This document shows, in pieces, positions 8,496 to 16,434 of a DNA stretch of 37,642 nucleotides. Numbering within the stretch: the first letter of the stretch is position 1; each line of letters opens with the position of its first letter. This DNA comes from a virus (Duplodnaviria; Caudoviricetes). The translations under genes and the position numbers were made by a program. Location of the stretch: IMG/VR virus record IMGVR_UViG_3300004112_000001, positions 1 to 37,642 of that record. One strand, given 5' to 3'. A model generated the notes under the pieces. That model was given only the letters and a program-made list of their open reading frames with translations. It was not told the DNA's origin and did no database searches.

Positions 8496-10319
8496 CTATT
8501 GGATGTTAGGTAAGTCTGCTCCACTGCTTTGAATAGCAGCAAGAACTCCTGGTGGAATGGAACTAGGAAGTGGCATTCCACCTGTAGGTATACCTTCCAT
8601 TGGCACTGGCATTTCACCGCCACCACCAGCAGGCATCTGCGGTGGTTGCTCCATTCCAGGTTGCATCTGTTCCATGCCTGGTTGCATTGGTTGCTGTTGC
8701 GCAAAGAACGCCTCAGGCGTTTTGACACCAAAACCATTTTGCAACACATGACGGGCAAGAGCAGCCATGTCAATAATGCCAGTACCCATAAATGGGGCCA
8801 TAGCGTCAACCATCTGCAAAGCCATCTGCCTGCGGAAAGATTCGTTTACTGGCTGTGTTGATCCTGCTTCAACCTCAAAGTCAAACTCGCCCAAGATGTA
8901 ATCACGGTCAAATGTGATCCAGATTGGGACTGCAGCAGAACCAACAACACGAACAACTTGGTCGCCAGTCATGAACTGCTGCGCCAAGCCGATTAGTCGG
9001 CGTGCGCAGCCAGCAATAGCACGTTCAACTTCTGCAAGTTTGTCTGAAGTACGGGCGTTCATAGCGTCCTGCATCATTGCAGCTTCAGTTGCTGTACGGC
9101 TAATCTCTGACTGGCCACCACGCATAAACTCGCCAACACCGCTAATGCGGTCAATGTCGCCAAGAATCATGTTAGACACGTTGTACATGTCTGGTGGGTT
9201 AATAACAGCAGGCATAGGTGCGACTACGCCACCAAGTGGCTCGTCACCCATAACTGGAACCATTACGTTGTCTTCGTCTGACTCAAGAGCATTACGACCA
9301 TCAACGTCAAATGCTGATTCCTTATAGAGCCACTTACGGGCAAAACGCTTACGATGGTTCATCATCTGCGTACGGGTTTCGTTCAGCTCCAACTGGAGTG
9401 GCTCAATTGCTTCAAGTTCACCAAGTGGGTAGAAGCAATCAGGAATGTCGTAGTTGCGGAGCATCACAAACGGATGCCCAAAGGCATACGGGATACGGCG
9501 AGGATTAACCAAGAACCCATCTCCACCATCACAGAACACTGACATTGTGTTGCGTGAAATGTCGTAGAACTCCCATACGTCAACAAACGCATCGTGCTTG
9601 TCGTACTTTGGACGAGGAGTGTCTTCAGTGTCAGCCCATTTAGCCCAGCTAGTAGGAGAAGCATCCATACGGGCAGAACGGTTATAACGCTTATCGTTCT
9701 GCACGTCTACCAATGGACGCTTAATACGTTGAGCAATCCAGCGAAGGTCGTTTAGATGTGTTGCTTCAGGGTTGACAAAAATATCAAAAGGAGAAACTCG
9801 TTCTACAAAAGGACGGTCTTCAAGAACAACCAATTCAGTTTCCATAGAAGGCTGATCTCCAGATGGATCAACAACATCGCTAGATGTTGTGCTTCCATCC
9901 ATGTTCTTTACACGCTCTTCTTCAACGAAACGATATCCAACCTTGCACCATCCGTGGCCAAGAATTAGATAGTCGTCAACCGCACGTCTAAGTGCGGATT
10001 GACAGTCATAATGCCTCCACCAGTAGTTTATGATGGCTTCTGTAATTACAGCACGATCACCGTCTTTAGGTTGGCGAGCACCCACCGTAATCTTAGGGTG
10101 GTTAACGGCAACGCTAGGAGCAATAACGTTAATAGTTGAGAACGACATATTAACCAACATGCGGTCTTCTTCAGACATCTTGTCGTAGTGCTTGCCACGA
10201 TACATGTCAATCATGCGCTTCCAGGTTTTGTCGTACTTTTCTTCTTTGCGCCAACGCCTAGATTGATCAACCTGTTTACGGTATTTAGCAAGAACGTCCC
10301 TGTTGGGTGTACGGGCCAT
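8496..10319 (-). CDS. Portal protein
   Basis: 607 aa between terminase and scaffold; ERVSPFDIFVNP, EPLQLELN, ISGV.EF.RG, RTATEA motifs; Pro/Gln/Met-rich C-terminal tail. Confidence 0.9.
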   Translation of the reverse strand: MARTPNRDVLAKYRKQVDQSRRWRKEEKYDKTWKRMIDMYRGKHYDKMSEEDRMLVNMSFSTINVIAPSVAVNHPKITVGARQPKDGDRAVITEAIINYWWRHYDCQSALRRAVDDYLILGHGWCKVGYRFVEEERVKNMDGSTTSSDVVDPSGDQPSMETELVVLEDRPFVERVSPFDIFVNPEATHLNDLRWIAQRIKRPLVDVQNDKRYNRSARMDASPTSWAKWADTEDTPRPKYDKHDAFVDVWEFYDISRNTMSVFCDGGDGFLVNPRRIPYAFGHPFVMLRNYDIPDCFYPLGELEAIEPLQLELNETRTQMMNHRKRFARKWLYKESAFDVDGRNALESDEDNVMVPVMGDEPLGGVVAPMPAVINPPDMYNVSNMILGDIDRISGVGEFMRGGQSEISRTATEAAMMQDAMNARTSDKLAEVERAIAGCARRLIGLAQQFMTGDQVVRVVGSAAVPIWITFDRDYILGEFDFEVEAGSTQPVNESFRRQMALQMVDAMAPFMGTGIIDMAALARHVLQNGFGVKTPEAFFAQQQPMQPGMEQMQPGMEQPPQMPAGGGGEMPVPMEGIPTGGMPLPSSIPPGVLAAIQSSGADLPNIQ

Positions 10320-10477
10320 TATGATTCCTTCTTCGCATATGCGATACGCATTACCGATTCAACAACAAGTTGAATAGCAGCAACTTGTTCACCGCTTAGT
10401 TGTAAACCAAACGCCGTAACCAAAACGGTTAAAGAACGAATCAACGCCCTAATGTTTCCTTGAGTAAACTTGCTCAT
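10319..10477 (-). CDS. 52-aa holin-like membrane protein (not in the ORF track)
   Basis: MSKFTQGNIRALIRSLTVLVTAFGLQLSGEQVAAIQLVVESVMRIAYAKKES; ATGA overlap upstream and TAATG overlap with the portal start. Confidence 0.7.
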   Translation of the reverse strand: MSKFTQGNIRALIRSLTVLVTAFGLQLSGEQVAAIQLVVESVMRIAYAKKES

Positions 10478-10680
10478 GCTACACCCCTTCCTGAGTGTGG
10501 ATTTTGATCAGAAATATGTTCATCTAGTTTTTCGTCAATATTGTCAATCTTGATAACAAGATGTTCCAAAAGCCCTCTTGACTCTGCATGCTGGCTAGTG
10601 TTTTCCTTACGCAACCTCTGCAGAATTACCACTACGGGTCCTGTGATAATAGCTACAGCGATAGGGACCAGCCACTCCAT
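10474..10680 (-). CDS. Single-TM + coiled-coil membrane protein (lysis-associated, holin-like)
   Basis: MEWLVPIAVAIITGPVVVIL TM segment, then RKEN..QH and KID.IDEKLDEHI. Confidence 0.7.
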   Translation of the reverse strand: MEWLVPIAVAIITGPVVVILQRLRKENTSQHAESRGLLEHLVIKIDNIDEKLDEHISDQNPHSGRGVA

Positions 10681-10686
10681 GATGCA

Positions 10687-10911
10687 TTACACCCAACGTG
10701 TTCCTGCTGGCTCAGCCTTGATGCCATTCTTTGCAGCATCGGCCACTGTCTTTCGTTGACGCTCACCAATCGTTGGTCCACTAAATTCGGCTTTACCGTG
10801 AGTAAAGCCGATACGAATACCCTTCAAATGACACTTGAAACATACAGCACCACGGCGAGGCATATCCTCGCTGGTGAAATCACTAGAACAGTTTTCGCAC
10901 ACAATAATCAT
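10687..10911 (-). CDS. Small Zn-ribbon protein
   Basis: CENC...CFKC; ATG at 10911 lies exactly 17 nt after GTAAC. Confidence 0.7.
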   Translation of the reverse strand: MIIVCENCSSDFTSEDMPRRGAVCFKCHLKGIRIGFTHGKAEFSGPTIGERQRKTVADAAKNGIKAEPAGTRWV

Positions 10912-10933
10912 CAATAGATGCAATAGTCGTTAC
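10912..10933 (-). promoter_or_regulatory. Putative late promoter GTAAC-N17-ATG
   Basis: GTAAC GACTATTGCATCTATTG ATG; overlaps the terL stop codon. Confidence 0.65.
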
Positions 10934-12510
10934 GTACGGGTGTTGAAACCACCAATAAATTTCTTTTCTTTGCTTGGAACATGAAGAAACTGTTCAAACC
11001 ATGCAAAAGAATTCTTGGGTGGAGCATTGTTTGGCAGATAATCAGGAAGCCACACATAATGAAGCATCTGATTAGCAATAGCCAAAGACATAACACGGTC
11101 ATCGTGGGGCGAGCCATGCATCTTTCCGTTGTCTTCACGAATAAACGTACGAAGTTCTCCGATGGTAGATGAGCAATACAAAGACATCTCATCGTTTCTA
11201 ATAGCAGCAGCAAGCTCGTCAACAGCCAAAGGCTTTGACGCAGCCGTAGTACGCCAACCTAAAACCTCAGTAGCCTGGGGGGAACGCTGGGCCAATCTAC
11301 GTTGGCGATAGATATTCTTATACCCTGCACGCTGTAAAGCCTTAAGTGTCGTCAAACCGTGGTTATTTGACTCCACAGCAATCAGGGCATTCATGTAGTA
11401 ATGCCCAAGATCATAAAGAACTTCTTCTCCAAACAAGTCAGGGTCAATATGTCCATGCCAAACAGCAACCACCTCATAGGTGTTTGCATCAATAACATGA
11501 GCACAGCTATAGTCGCCATGCCCAAGACCCTCAGCAACGTCAGCACCTATGCAATAAACGTGGGTCAAATCGGGGTACACAAAAATATCCAGAGCACCAC
11601 CATCAATACGAAACTCATAGCTATTCCTGCCCAATTCGTACAGATATCCAGAGTCAGGCTCAAACGTCTCCAAAGACCTAAGTTTGTCAATATCAAACAC
11701 AGGACGACCCGAACGAATAAACGCCTCGTCAGGGTCTGATGGATATTCTTGGGCTAACTGCCATTCAGGAAGCTGACGCTTCTTTGTCTCGTACCACTCT
11801 TCATCACGGTCACCTGCAGACCAGGGAAAGAAAATACCCGTAAAGTCATTAGTGCCTGTCTGTGAACCAACCCACAAACGATGAAAAATGTTTCCCTCTC
11901 CCTTGGCCGTACTCAAACAGACAATGCGACCACCAACGTCAGCAATAGGTTCAATAGAAGCCCACGCTTCCTCGCTGTTAGGCAAGAACGCCATCTCGTC
12001 AATAAAAACACGATACACAGACTCACCACGAGCAGGATCATTACCGCTAGGTAATGACTCCAAAGCAGACTCGTTACTGAAAACCATCTTTAACTGGTTG
12101 TCAGAAATTAAAGCAGGACCACGCTGGCGCATCCAATCAGGAAGCATCTTGTAGCCATACTTTGACTTCTGAAGAAGCTTCGCAGCCTCACGCTCAGTAC
12201 GGCTAAGCATAACCTCAAAACGATCAGACCAAAAGAACACTTCCCAAAAAGCAAAAGCAGCACCAAGAGTAGAGAAACCAATCTGACGTGCTTTAAGGAC
12301 GATTGTGTTGCGATGTTCAATCCAAGCATGGACAGTCTCATACTGTGCATCACGCATCTCAAACAAGATACGCCCACGTTCAGGATGGCGAATATGCCAA
12401 TAGTTAGAACAGAAGTACGTAAACGCTTCCGCTAGCTCATCAGCAGTAGCGTCTTCTGGCCCTTTACAAAGTCGCCATTCCTTCTCGTTGAGAAGGTCAG
12501 TTAATTCCAT
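10930..12510 (-). CDS. terL: Terminase large subunit
   Basis: Walker A LKARQIGFST, Walker B VFIDEMAF, coupling motif STAKG, nuclease motifs IGADVAEG and HDDRVMSLAIA. Confidence 0.95.
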   Translation of the reverse strand: MELTDLLNEKEWRLCKGPEDATADELAEAFTYFCSNYWHIRHPERGRILFEMRDAQYETVHAWIEHRNTIVLKARQIGFSTLGAAFAFWEVFFWSDRFEVMLSRTEREAAKLLQKSKYGYKMLPDWMRQRGPALISDNQLKMVFSNESALESLPSGNDPARGESVYRVFIDEMAFLPNSEEAWASIEPIADVGGRIVCLSTAKGEGNIFHRLWVGSQTGTNDFTGIFFPWSAGDRDEEWYETKKRQLPEWQLAQEYPSDPDEAFIRSGRPVFDIDKLRSLETFEPDSGYLYELGRNSYEFRIDGGALDIFVYPDLTHVYCIGADVAEGLGHGDYSCAHVIDANTYEVVAVWHGHIDPDLFGEEVLYDLGHYYMNALIAVESNNHGLTTLKALQRAGYKNIYRQRRLAQRSPQATEVLGWRTTAASKPLAVDELAAAIRNDEMSLYCSSTIGELRTFIREDNGKMHGSPHDDRVMSLAIANQMLHYVWLPDYLPNNAPPKNSFAWFEQFLHVPSKEKKFIGGFNTRT

Positions 12511-12512
12511 TG

Positions 12513-12626
12513 TTAGTCGTCATCCCTCATCTTCAACGGAGCCCTAGGATTACTGTCACAATAAGGGCAAGAATCCCAAACCACGGGGTAAACCTCGCCA
12601 CAACGATCACACTCTTCCAGGTCCAT
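12513..12626 (-). CDS. 37-aa Zn-ribbon protein between terS and terL (not in the ORF track)
   Basis: MDLEECDRCGEVYPVVWDSCPYCDSNPRAPLKMRDDD; TGATG overlap with the terS stop; fills the gap exactly. Confidence 0.7.
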   Translation of the reverse strand: MDLEECDRCGEVYPVVWDSCPYCDSNPRAPLKMRDDD

Positions 12627-13051
12627 CAAACAGCCTTAAGTTTACGCTGTTCCTTTTCACGCATAGCCATAGCAGCAATCAAACCATCAAGTTCGTCATC
12701 GCTGAGCTCTGCTGACTTACGGTCATTCTTAATCTCTACAGTCGGAGGAGCCATACGGTTCGTAGCTTGCAGATATAGCTGAGCCGACTTTGTGTCGCCA
12801 TCAAGCGCAGCTTGATACAGCGTATCCAGCAATCGCTGGGTTCTCTCTGGAGAACCTTGGATTGCGGATACTCGTTGTTCCCATTGGTCACGGAAGACTT
12901 TGTTTTGTTCCCAACGGTTTAAGGTTTTACGGTTGACACCCAATGTTTCTGCAAAGGCACTTTTCGTGCCTGGGGTGCGTTCTGACGGGGCTGTGGATAG
13001 CCAGTCTAGGTATTCAAGTTGTGGCTGTGTCAGAACAGTGTTTTCGTTCAT
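12626..13051 (-). CDS. terS: Terminase small subunit (N-terminal HTH)
   Basis: FAETLGVNRKTLNRW HTH, ALDGDTKSAQLYL, ELSDDELD tail; upstream of terL. Confidence 0.8.
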   Translation of the reverse strand: MNENTVLTQPQLEYLDWLSTAPSERTPGTKSAFAETLGVNRKTLNRWEQNKVFRDQWEQRVSAIQGSPERTQRLLDTLYQAALDGDTKSAQLYLQATNRMAPPTVEIKNDRKSAELSDDELDGLIAAMAMREKEQRKLKAV

Positions 13052-13073
13052 AATTATAGTGGTTTTTTGTAAC
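13052..13073 (-). promoter_or_regulatory. Putative late promoter GTTAC-N17-ATG for terS
   Basis: GTTAC AAAAAACCACTATAATT ATG; no SD sequence. Confidence 0.65.
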
Positions 13074-13119
13074 GGGGGGACCCACGTAACGAACGGGGGG
13101 GACTATAGGGGGGGACGGG
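13074..13119 (+). other. G-run element with GGGGGACTATAGGGGG core (G-quadruplex-capable)
   Basis: G6, G7, G7 and G3 runs; core shared with 21502-21517. Confidence 0.6.
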
Positions 13120-13140
13120 AAAAACCTGTTTCCAAGTAAC

Positions 13141-13488
13141 GTGAGCAACACAGCAAGTGTTGATCACACAAGTGAAAGAGTCAAAGTGCATCCTTCAAAT
13201 ATTGTGTCCCTAAAAGATTGGCAGAAGGTCATCGTCAGATGGCGTGATGCCTACAGTCCTCACAGTGGCTGGCATGAAGTAGATGAATACACCCCTGAGG
13301 ACGCTGTAGCGGTGACTATGGGTCGTGTATGGAAAGACTGTCAAGAGAACTATCTGACTGTTGTGGGAACTGTCTTTGAATCAGAAGACGGACATCCTAA
13401 GACTGTTGGAGATATCAACCACATTCCTTTGGGAATGATTCTTAGCATAGAGGTAGTAGATGGCCAGCAAACCAACCCCCAAGCGTGA
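13141..13488 (+). CDS. Hypothetical phage protein (VxWxDA type)
   Basis: KVIVRWRDAY..GW...IPLGMILSIE pattern is common in small phage proteins; start uncertain. Confidence 0.7.
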   Translation: MSNTASVDHTSERVKVHPSNIVSLKDWQKVIVRWRDAYSPHSGWHEVDEYTPEDAVAVTMGRVWKDCQENYLTVVGTVFESEDGHPKTVGDINHIPLGMILSIEVVDGQQTNPQA

Positions 13489-13759
13489 CCCACGTCTAGC
13501 TCGTGCAGGCGTTAGCGGATATAACAAACCCAAGCGCACACCCGACCACCCCAAGAAGTCACACATCGTAGTAGCCAAATCAGGTAGCCAGGTAAAGACC
13601 ATCCGTTTTGGTCAGCAAGGCGTATCAGGCTCACCAAAGAAGAAAGGCGAATCAGCATCGTATGCTGCTCGCCGTAAATCATTCCAAGCACGCCACTCAT
13701 CCAACATCGCCAAAGGACCTATGTCCGCAGCGTATTGGGCAAACAAAGTTAAATGGTAA
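13460..13759 (+). CDS. Small basic phage protein
   Basis: SD GAGG; KPKRTP.HP.KSH.VVAK..KTIRFGQQG...SAAYWANKVKW pattern seen in aquatic podophages. Confidence 0.8.
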   Translation: MASKPTPKRDPRLARAGVSGYNKPKRTPDHPKKSHIVVAKSGSQVKTIRFGQQGVSGSPKKKGESASYAARRKSFQARHSSNIAKGPMSAAYWANKVKW

Positions 13760-13993
13760 AACACCTACGAGTCCCAAACACTTGATAGGTGGGGTGTCCT
13801 AGGATGCCCTGATTGGCCACTGAGAAGCCCGTAGACAAGAGCAACACAACCCAACCTATGATGACCGCCCCCTATCCAAATAGATCGCTCTGGCTCTAGC
13901 TCAATAGAGTCCCTCTAGGTTGACGGCGTACGGGAGGCCTATGCCCCAGGGGTCGTAACGGGGGCGAATAGGGGCAGATAGGCACGAATGACC

Positions 13994-14065
13994 GCAAACC
14001 CTTATAGGACAAGGCTTAGAGCGTCCTACTAGGTGACCCTGGCAAACCCTTATGCCATAAGGCTT
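13994..14065. repeat. Two copies of GCAAACCCTTAT-N5-AAGGCTT, 48 bp apart
   Basis: Copies at 13994-14017 and 14042-14065; each is an imperfect dyad. Confidence 0.75.
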
Positions 14066-14129
14066 TCCCAAGGTAGGGGAAAGAACGGGACATCGTGACC
14101 GTTCAGAACCCAACAGAAAACAAACCAAA

Positions 14130-14151
14130 AAAGTTTCTTATGAGAAACTTT
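14130..14151. repeat. Early palindrome copy 1 (AAAGTTTC-TTATGA-GAAACTTT)
   Basis: 8-bp perfect arms with a variant spacer. Confidence 0.9.
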
Positions 14152-14169
14152 CCTAACAAGGAGAATCCA

Positions 14170-14637
14170 ATTAACACCACCAAAGTTGACCGCATTGCGG
14201 AGACAATTAAGAACAACATTGCACCTAGCACCGCTAAGGATGCCATTGCATTATTGGACTGGGCATCAGATAAGGAATATGACGCTATGAAAGCGTATTA
14301 CCTTGTCGGGCTTGCGCTTTATAACAAAGATGTCAAGTCTGCAGACCTTGAACATGTTGCAAGTAAGGGAACACTTAGCAAGATGCGCAAGATTGCTAAC
14401 GCAATTGAGAACAGTCCAAAGATGGCTAAGGCTTGGACTGATGGTGCTATTCAAACTTTCACTGATGCATATGAATGGGCTTGCGCTTGCTTAGGCACTG
14501 TTGAGACTTCACGTGTTGCATACCTTGAAGACTTGCAGGCAAAGCATGCAGAATTGCTTGCGAAGATTGCAGAGGTTGAAGAGGCCATGAAGACTGCACC
14601 TCGTAAGCCTGCAAAGGTTGCGAAGAAGAGCAAGTAA
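14170..14637 (+). CDS. First early protein; ParB/Spo0J-like HTH DNA-binding candidate with C-terminal coiled coil
   Basis: SADLEHVASKGTLSKMRKIA..SPKMAKAWTDGAIQTFTDAYEWA resembles the ParB central domain. SD AAGGAG lies 6 nt before an in-frame ATT; ATG at 14140 is an alternative start. Confidence 0.6.
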   Translation: MNTTKVDRIAETIKNNIAPSTAKDAIALLDWASDKEYDAMKAYYLVGLALYNKDVKSADLEHVASKGTLSKMRKIANAIENSPKMAKAWTDGAIQTFTDAYEWACACLGTVETSRVAYLEDLQAKHAELLAKIAEVEEAMKTAPRKPAKVAKKSK

Positions 14638-14659
14638 TTCAACTAATGCCATCGCCCGT

Positions 14660-14697
14660 ATCGGGGGAAAGTTTCTTACAGGAAACTTTTCCCCGAT
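14660..14697. repeat. Early palindrome copy 2 (core 14668-14689)
   Basis: ATCGGGGGAAAGTTTC-TTACAG-GAAACTTTTCCCCGAT, with one G-T pair. Confidence 0.9.
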
Positions 14698-14747
14698 GTC
14701 GGGTAGGAACACATTCTGTGCGAGTGTGTTGCTACCTGTCATCGGGG
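14691..14747 (+). other. Long RNA hairpin A (possible RNase III/processing site)
   Basis: CCCCGATGTCGGGTAGGAACACATTC-TGTGC-GAGTGTGTTGCTACCTGTCATCGGGG; G-U pairs plus G.G and U.U mismatches. Confidence 0.7.
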
Positions 14748-14774
14748 CAGGGATATAAACAGAAAGAGATAGCT

Positions 14775-14981
14775 ATGTCTATTGAATTGGAAACGGCAGA
14801 CCATCGCAAGATGGCACAGCGTGAAGACGCTGAATTGTTGGGTGACTTTATCGCCCAGGTTCAAACAGAGATGGAGAACCTTGAGGAATATGGCGATGAG
14901 GTTCATATTCGTGAATACGACATGCGTGCAGTCGCATTGAACATTCTGTTGGATGCTTACGCAAAGATGAACGGCAACTAA
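14775..14981 (+). CDS. Hypothetical acidic protein (68 aa)
   Basis: ATG at 14775 follows AGAAAGAG; the upstream extension in the ORF track runs through the hairpins. Confidence 0.7.
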   Translation: MSIELETADHRKMAQREDAELLGDFIAQVQTEMENLEEYGDEVHIREYDMRAVALNILLDAYAKMNGN

Positions 14982-14983
14982 TC

Positions 14984-15061
14984 ATGTGGTACGCAGAAAT
15001 TCTTGACCGTTTAGATGACCGTGACGTAGAGCGTGAAGAACTAGCTAGCGATAGCGAATAG
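14984..15061 (+). CDS. Possible 25-aa acidic peptide
   Basis: MWYAEILDRLDDRDVEREELASDSE; starts 2 nt after the upstream stop and ends just before palindrome 3. Confidence 0.45.
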   Translation: MWYAEILDRLDDRDVEREELASDSE

Positions 15062-15075
15062 TCACTAGTCTGTGT

Positions 15076-15107
15076 GGGGGAAAGTTTCTTACAGGAAACT
15101 TTTCCCC
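15076..15107. repeat. Early palindrome copy 3 (core 15081-15102)
   Basis: GGGGGAAAGTTTC-TTACAG-GAAACTTTTCCCC. Confidence 0.9.
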
Positions 15108-15150
15108 TCATGGATAAGAGCGCATGCAGTGTGTGCGTTGTTATCCATGA
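15108..15150 (+). other. Long RNA hairpin B, homologous to hairpin A
   Basis: TCATGGATAAGAGCGCATGC-AGT-GTGTGCGTTGTTATCCATGA; same G.G mismatch, with compensatory changes. Confidence 0.7.
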
Positions 15151-15181
15151 CAAGCATGGAACATAAACAAAGGAAAATACA

Positions 15182-15460
15182 ATGAAGAACCTATTCAAGA
15201 ACAAGTTCAAGAAGATGACCTATGCAAACCGTTTGCATGTTCTCACGATGGAATTGTGGGAGATGGCCGAGCAGTATCCATATGTGGAATATGCAGAGGC
15301 TGAGAGCATCGCTATTGACGTTGCGTATCTTCGTGGTGCTGCAGAGCATTTGTTGAAGATGAACAATGAAACCTTGTCACGTTTAGTTGGCTACGCAGAA
15401 CAGTCAAAGAACCTTACGCCTAAGTCGTTTGACGTTGACCCTTTTGCGGAGTATGGATGA
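15182..15460 (+). CDS. Hypothetical protein (92 aa)
   Basis: SD AAGGA; its stop TGA forms part of the palindrome 4 arm. Confidence 0.75.
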   Translation: MKNLFKNKFKKMTYANRLHVLTMELWEMAEQYPYVEYAEAESIAIDVAYLRGAAEHLLKMNNETLSRLVGYAEQSKNLTPKSFDVDPFAEYG

Positions 15461-15485
15461 AAAGTTTCTTACAGGAAACTTTTCA
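15458..15485. repeat. Early palindrome copy 4 (core 15461-15482)
   Basis: TGAAAAGTTTC-TTACAG-GAAACTTTTCA; 11-bp perfect arms. Confidence 0.9.
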
Positions 15486-15510
15486 ATAACAAATAGAAAG
15501 AGAAAAAATA

Positions 15511-16383
15511 ATGAAGAACCTGAGCGTTTATCTAGAGAAAATGTCGGAGACTCTTGACCATGTTGCGTGGGAATACCTGATAAGTATTCCTGCCTATCGT
15601 GAACGTCAACTAGCGAAAGCGAAAGAGTTTTGGGCGATGTACCGTGAGAAGAACGGGTTCGCACGTAGTGCTACCCCGTTGTTCACTTACCCACAGAACC
15701 AATTGAAGTTGGGCAAGAGCGACACATTCACCCTGGGTCTAACGTTGCAACATGCGGACGTATCGGGCTATGAGACTTGTGCATGGCGTACAGAGTCTTG
15801 TACCGCTACTTGTGTGCTTGACAATGGCAACGGGCGTTACAGCGTGGTGCAACAGTCACGCAATGTGAAGACACAATTCCTGCATGACTATCCACGATGG
15901 TTTGTCATTCTGTTAGTTGACGAAATTCTCAAGGCTGCAGATAAGTACGACAAGGTACTTGTGCGGTTGAACGTCAACAGTGACTTGCGTTGGTATGAAA
16001 TTCTTCCATCGCTGTTTGATGGCCGTGAACGTTGCATGAAGAATGTGTACTTTTACGATTACACAAAGAACCCTGCAACGTTGCGAGGCAATGGCATGGT
16101 GGCTCCCCGTTATCGGTTGTGCTACTCATTGTCGGAACATGACGATGACGTGAACCGTATGCCTAAGGTTGACGGGTTTGTCAAGCGTGGTGGCACTGTT
16201 GCAGTGGTGACTATTCGCAAGAAGACAGAAGAACCACCTGTGACGTGGCGTAATCGTCCCGTAGTGGATGGCGACATTTCAGATGATCGCTACCGTGAGC
16301 GTGGCGTATTCGTTGACTTGACCGCCAAAGGTAAAGCACGCAAGTTGCCTGTTGGCGGTTTCGTACGGAACATCAAGGACTGA
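15511..16383 (+). CDS. GP88-like protein (radical-SAM-related phage family)
   Basis: TCAWRTESCTATC, RLNVNSDLRW, FYDYTK, DGD.SD.R, L.AKGKA motifs. Confidence 0.8.
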   Translation: MKNLSVYLEKMSETLDHVAWEYLISIPAYRERQLAKAKEFWAMYREKNGFARSATPLFTYPQNQLKLGKSDTFTLGLTLQHADVSGYETCAWRTESCTATCVLDNGNGRYSVVQQSRNVKTQFLHDYPRWFVILLVDEILKAADKYDKVLVRLNVNSDLRWYEILPSLFDGRERCMKNVYFYDYTKNPATLRGNGMVAPRYRLCYSLSEHDDDVNRMPKVDGFVKRGGTVAVVTIRKKTEEPPVTWRNRPVVDGDISDDRYRERGVFVDLTAKGKARKLPVGGFVRNIKD

Positions 16384-16405
16384 AAAGTTTCTTACAAGAA
16401 ACTTT
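16384..16405. repeat. Early palindrome copy 5 (AAAGTTTC-TTACAA-GAAACTTT)
   Basis: Immediately after the TGA of the GP88-like gene. Confidence 0.9.
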
Positions 16406-16434
16406 TGGTAAACAAACACAGAAAGAAAAATAAA

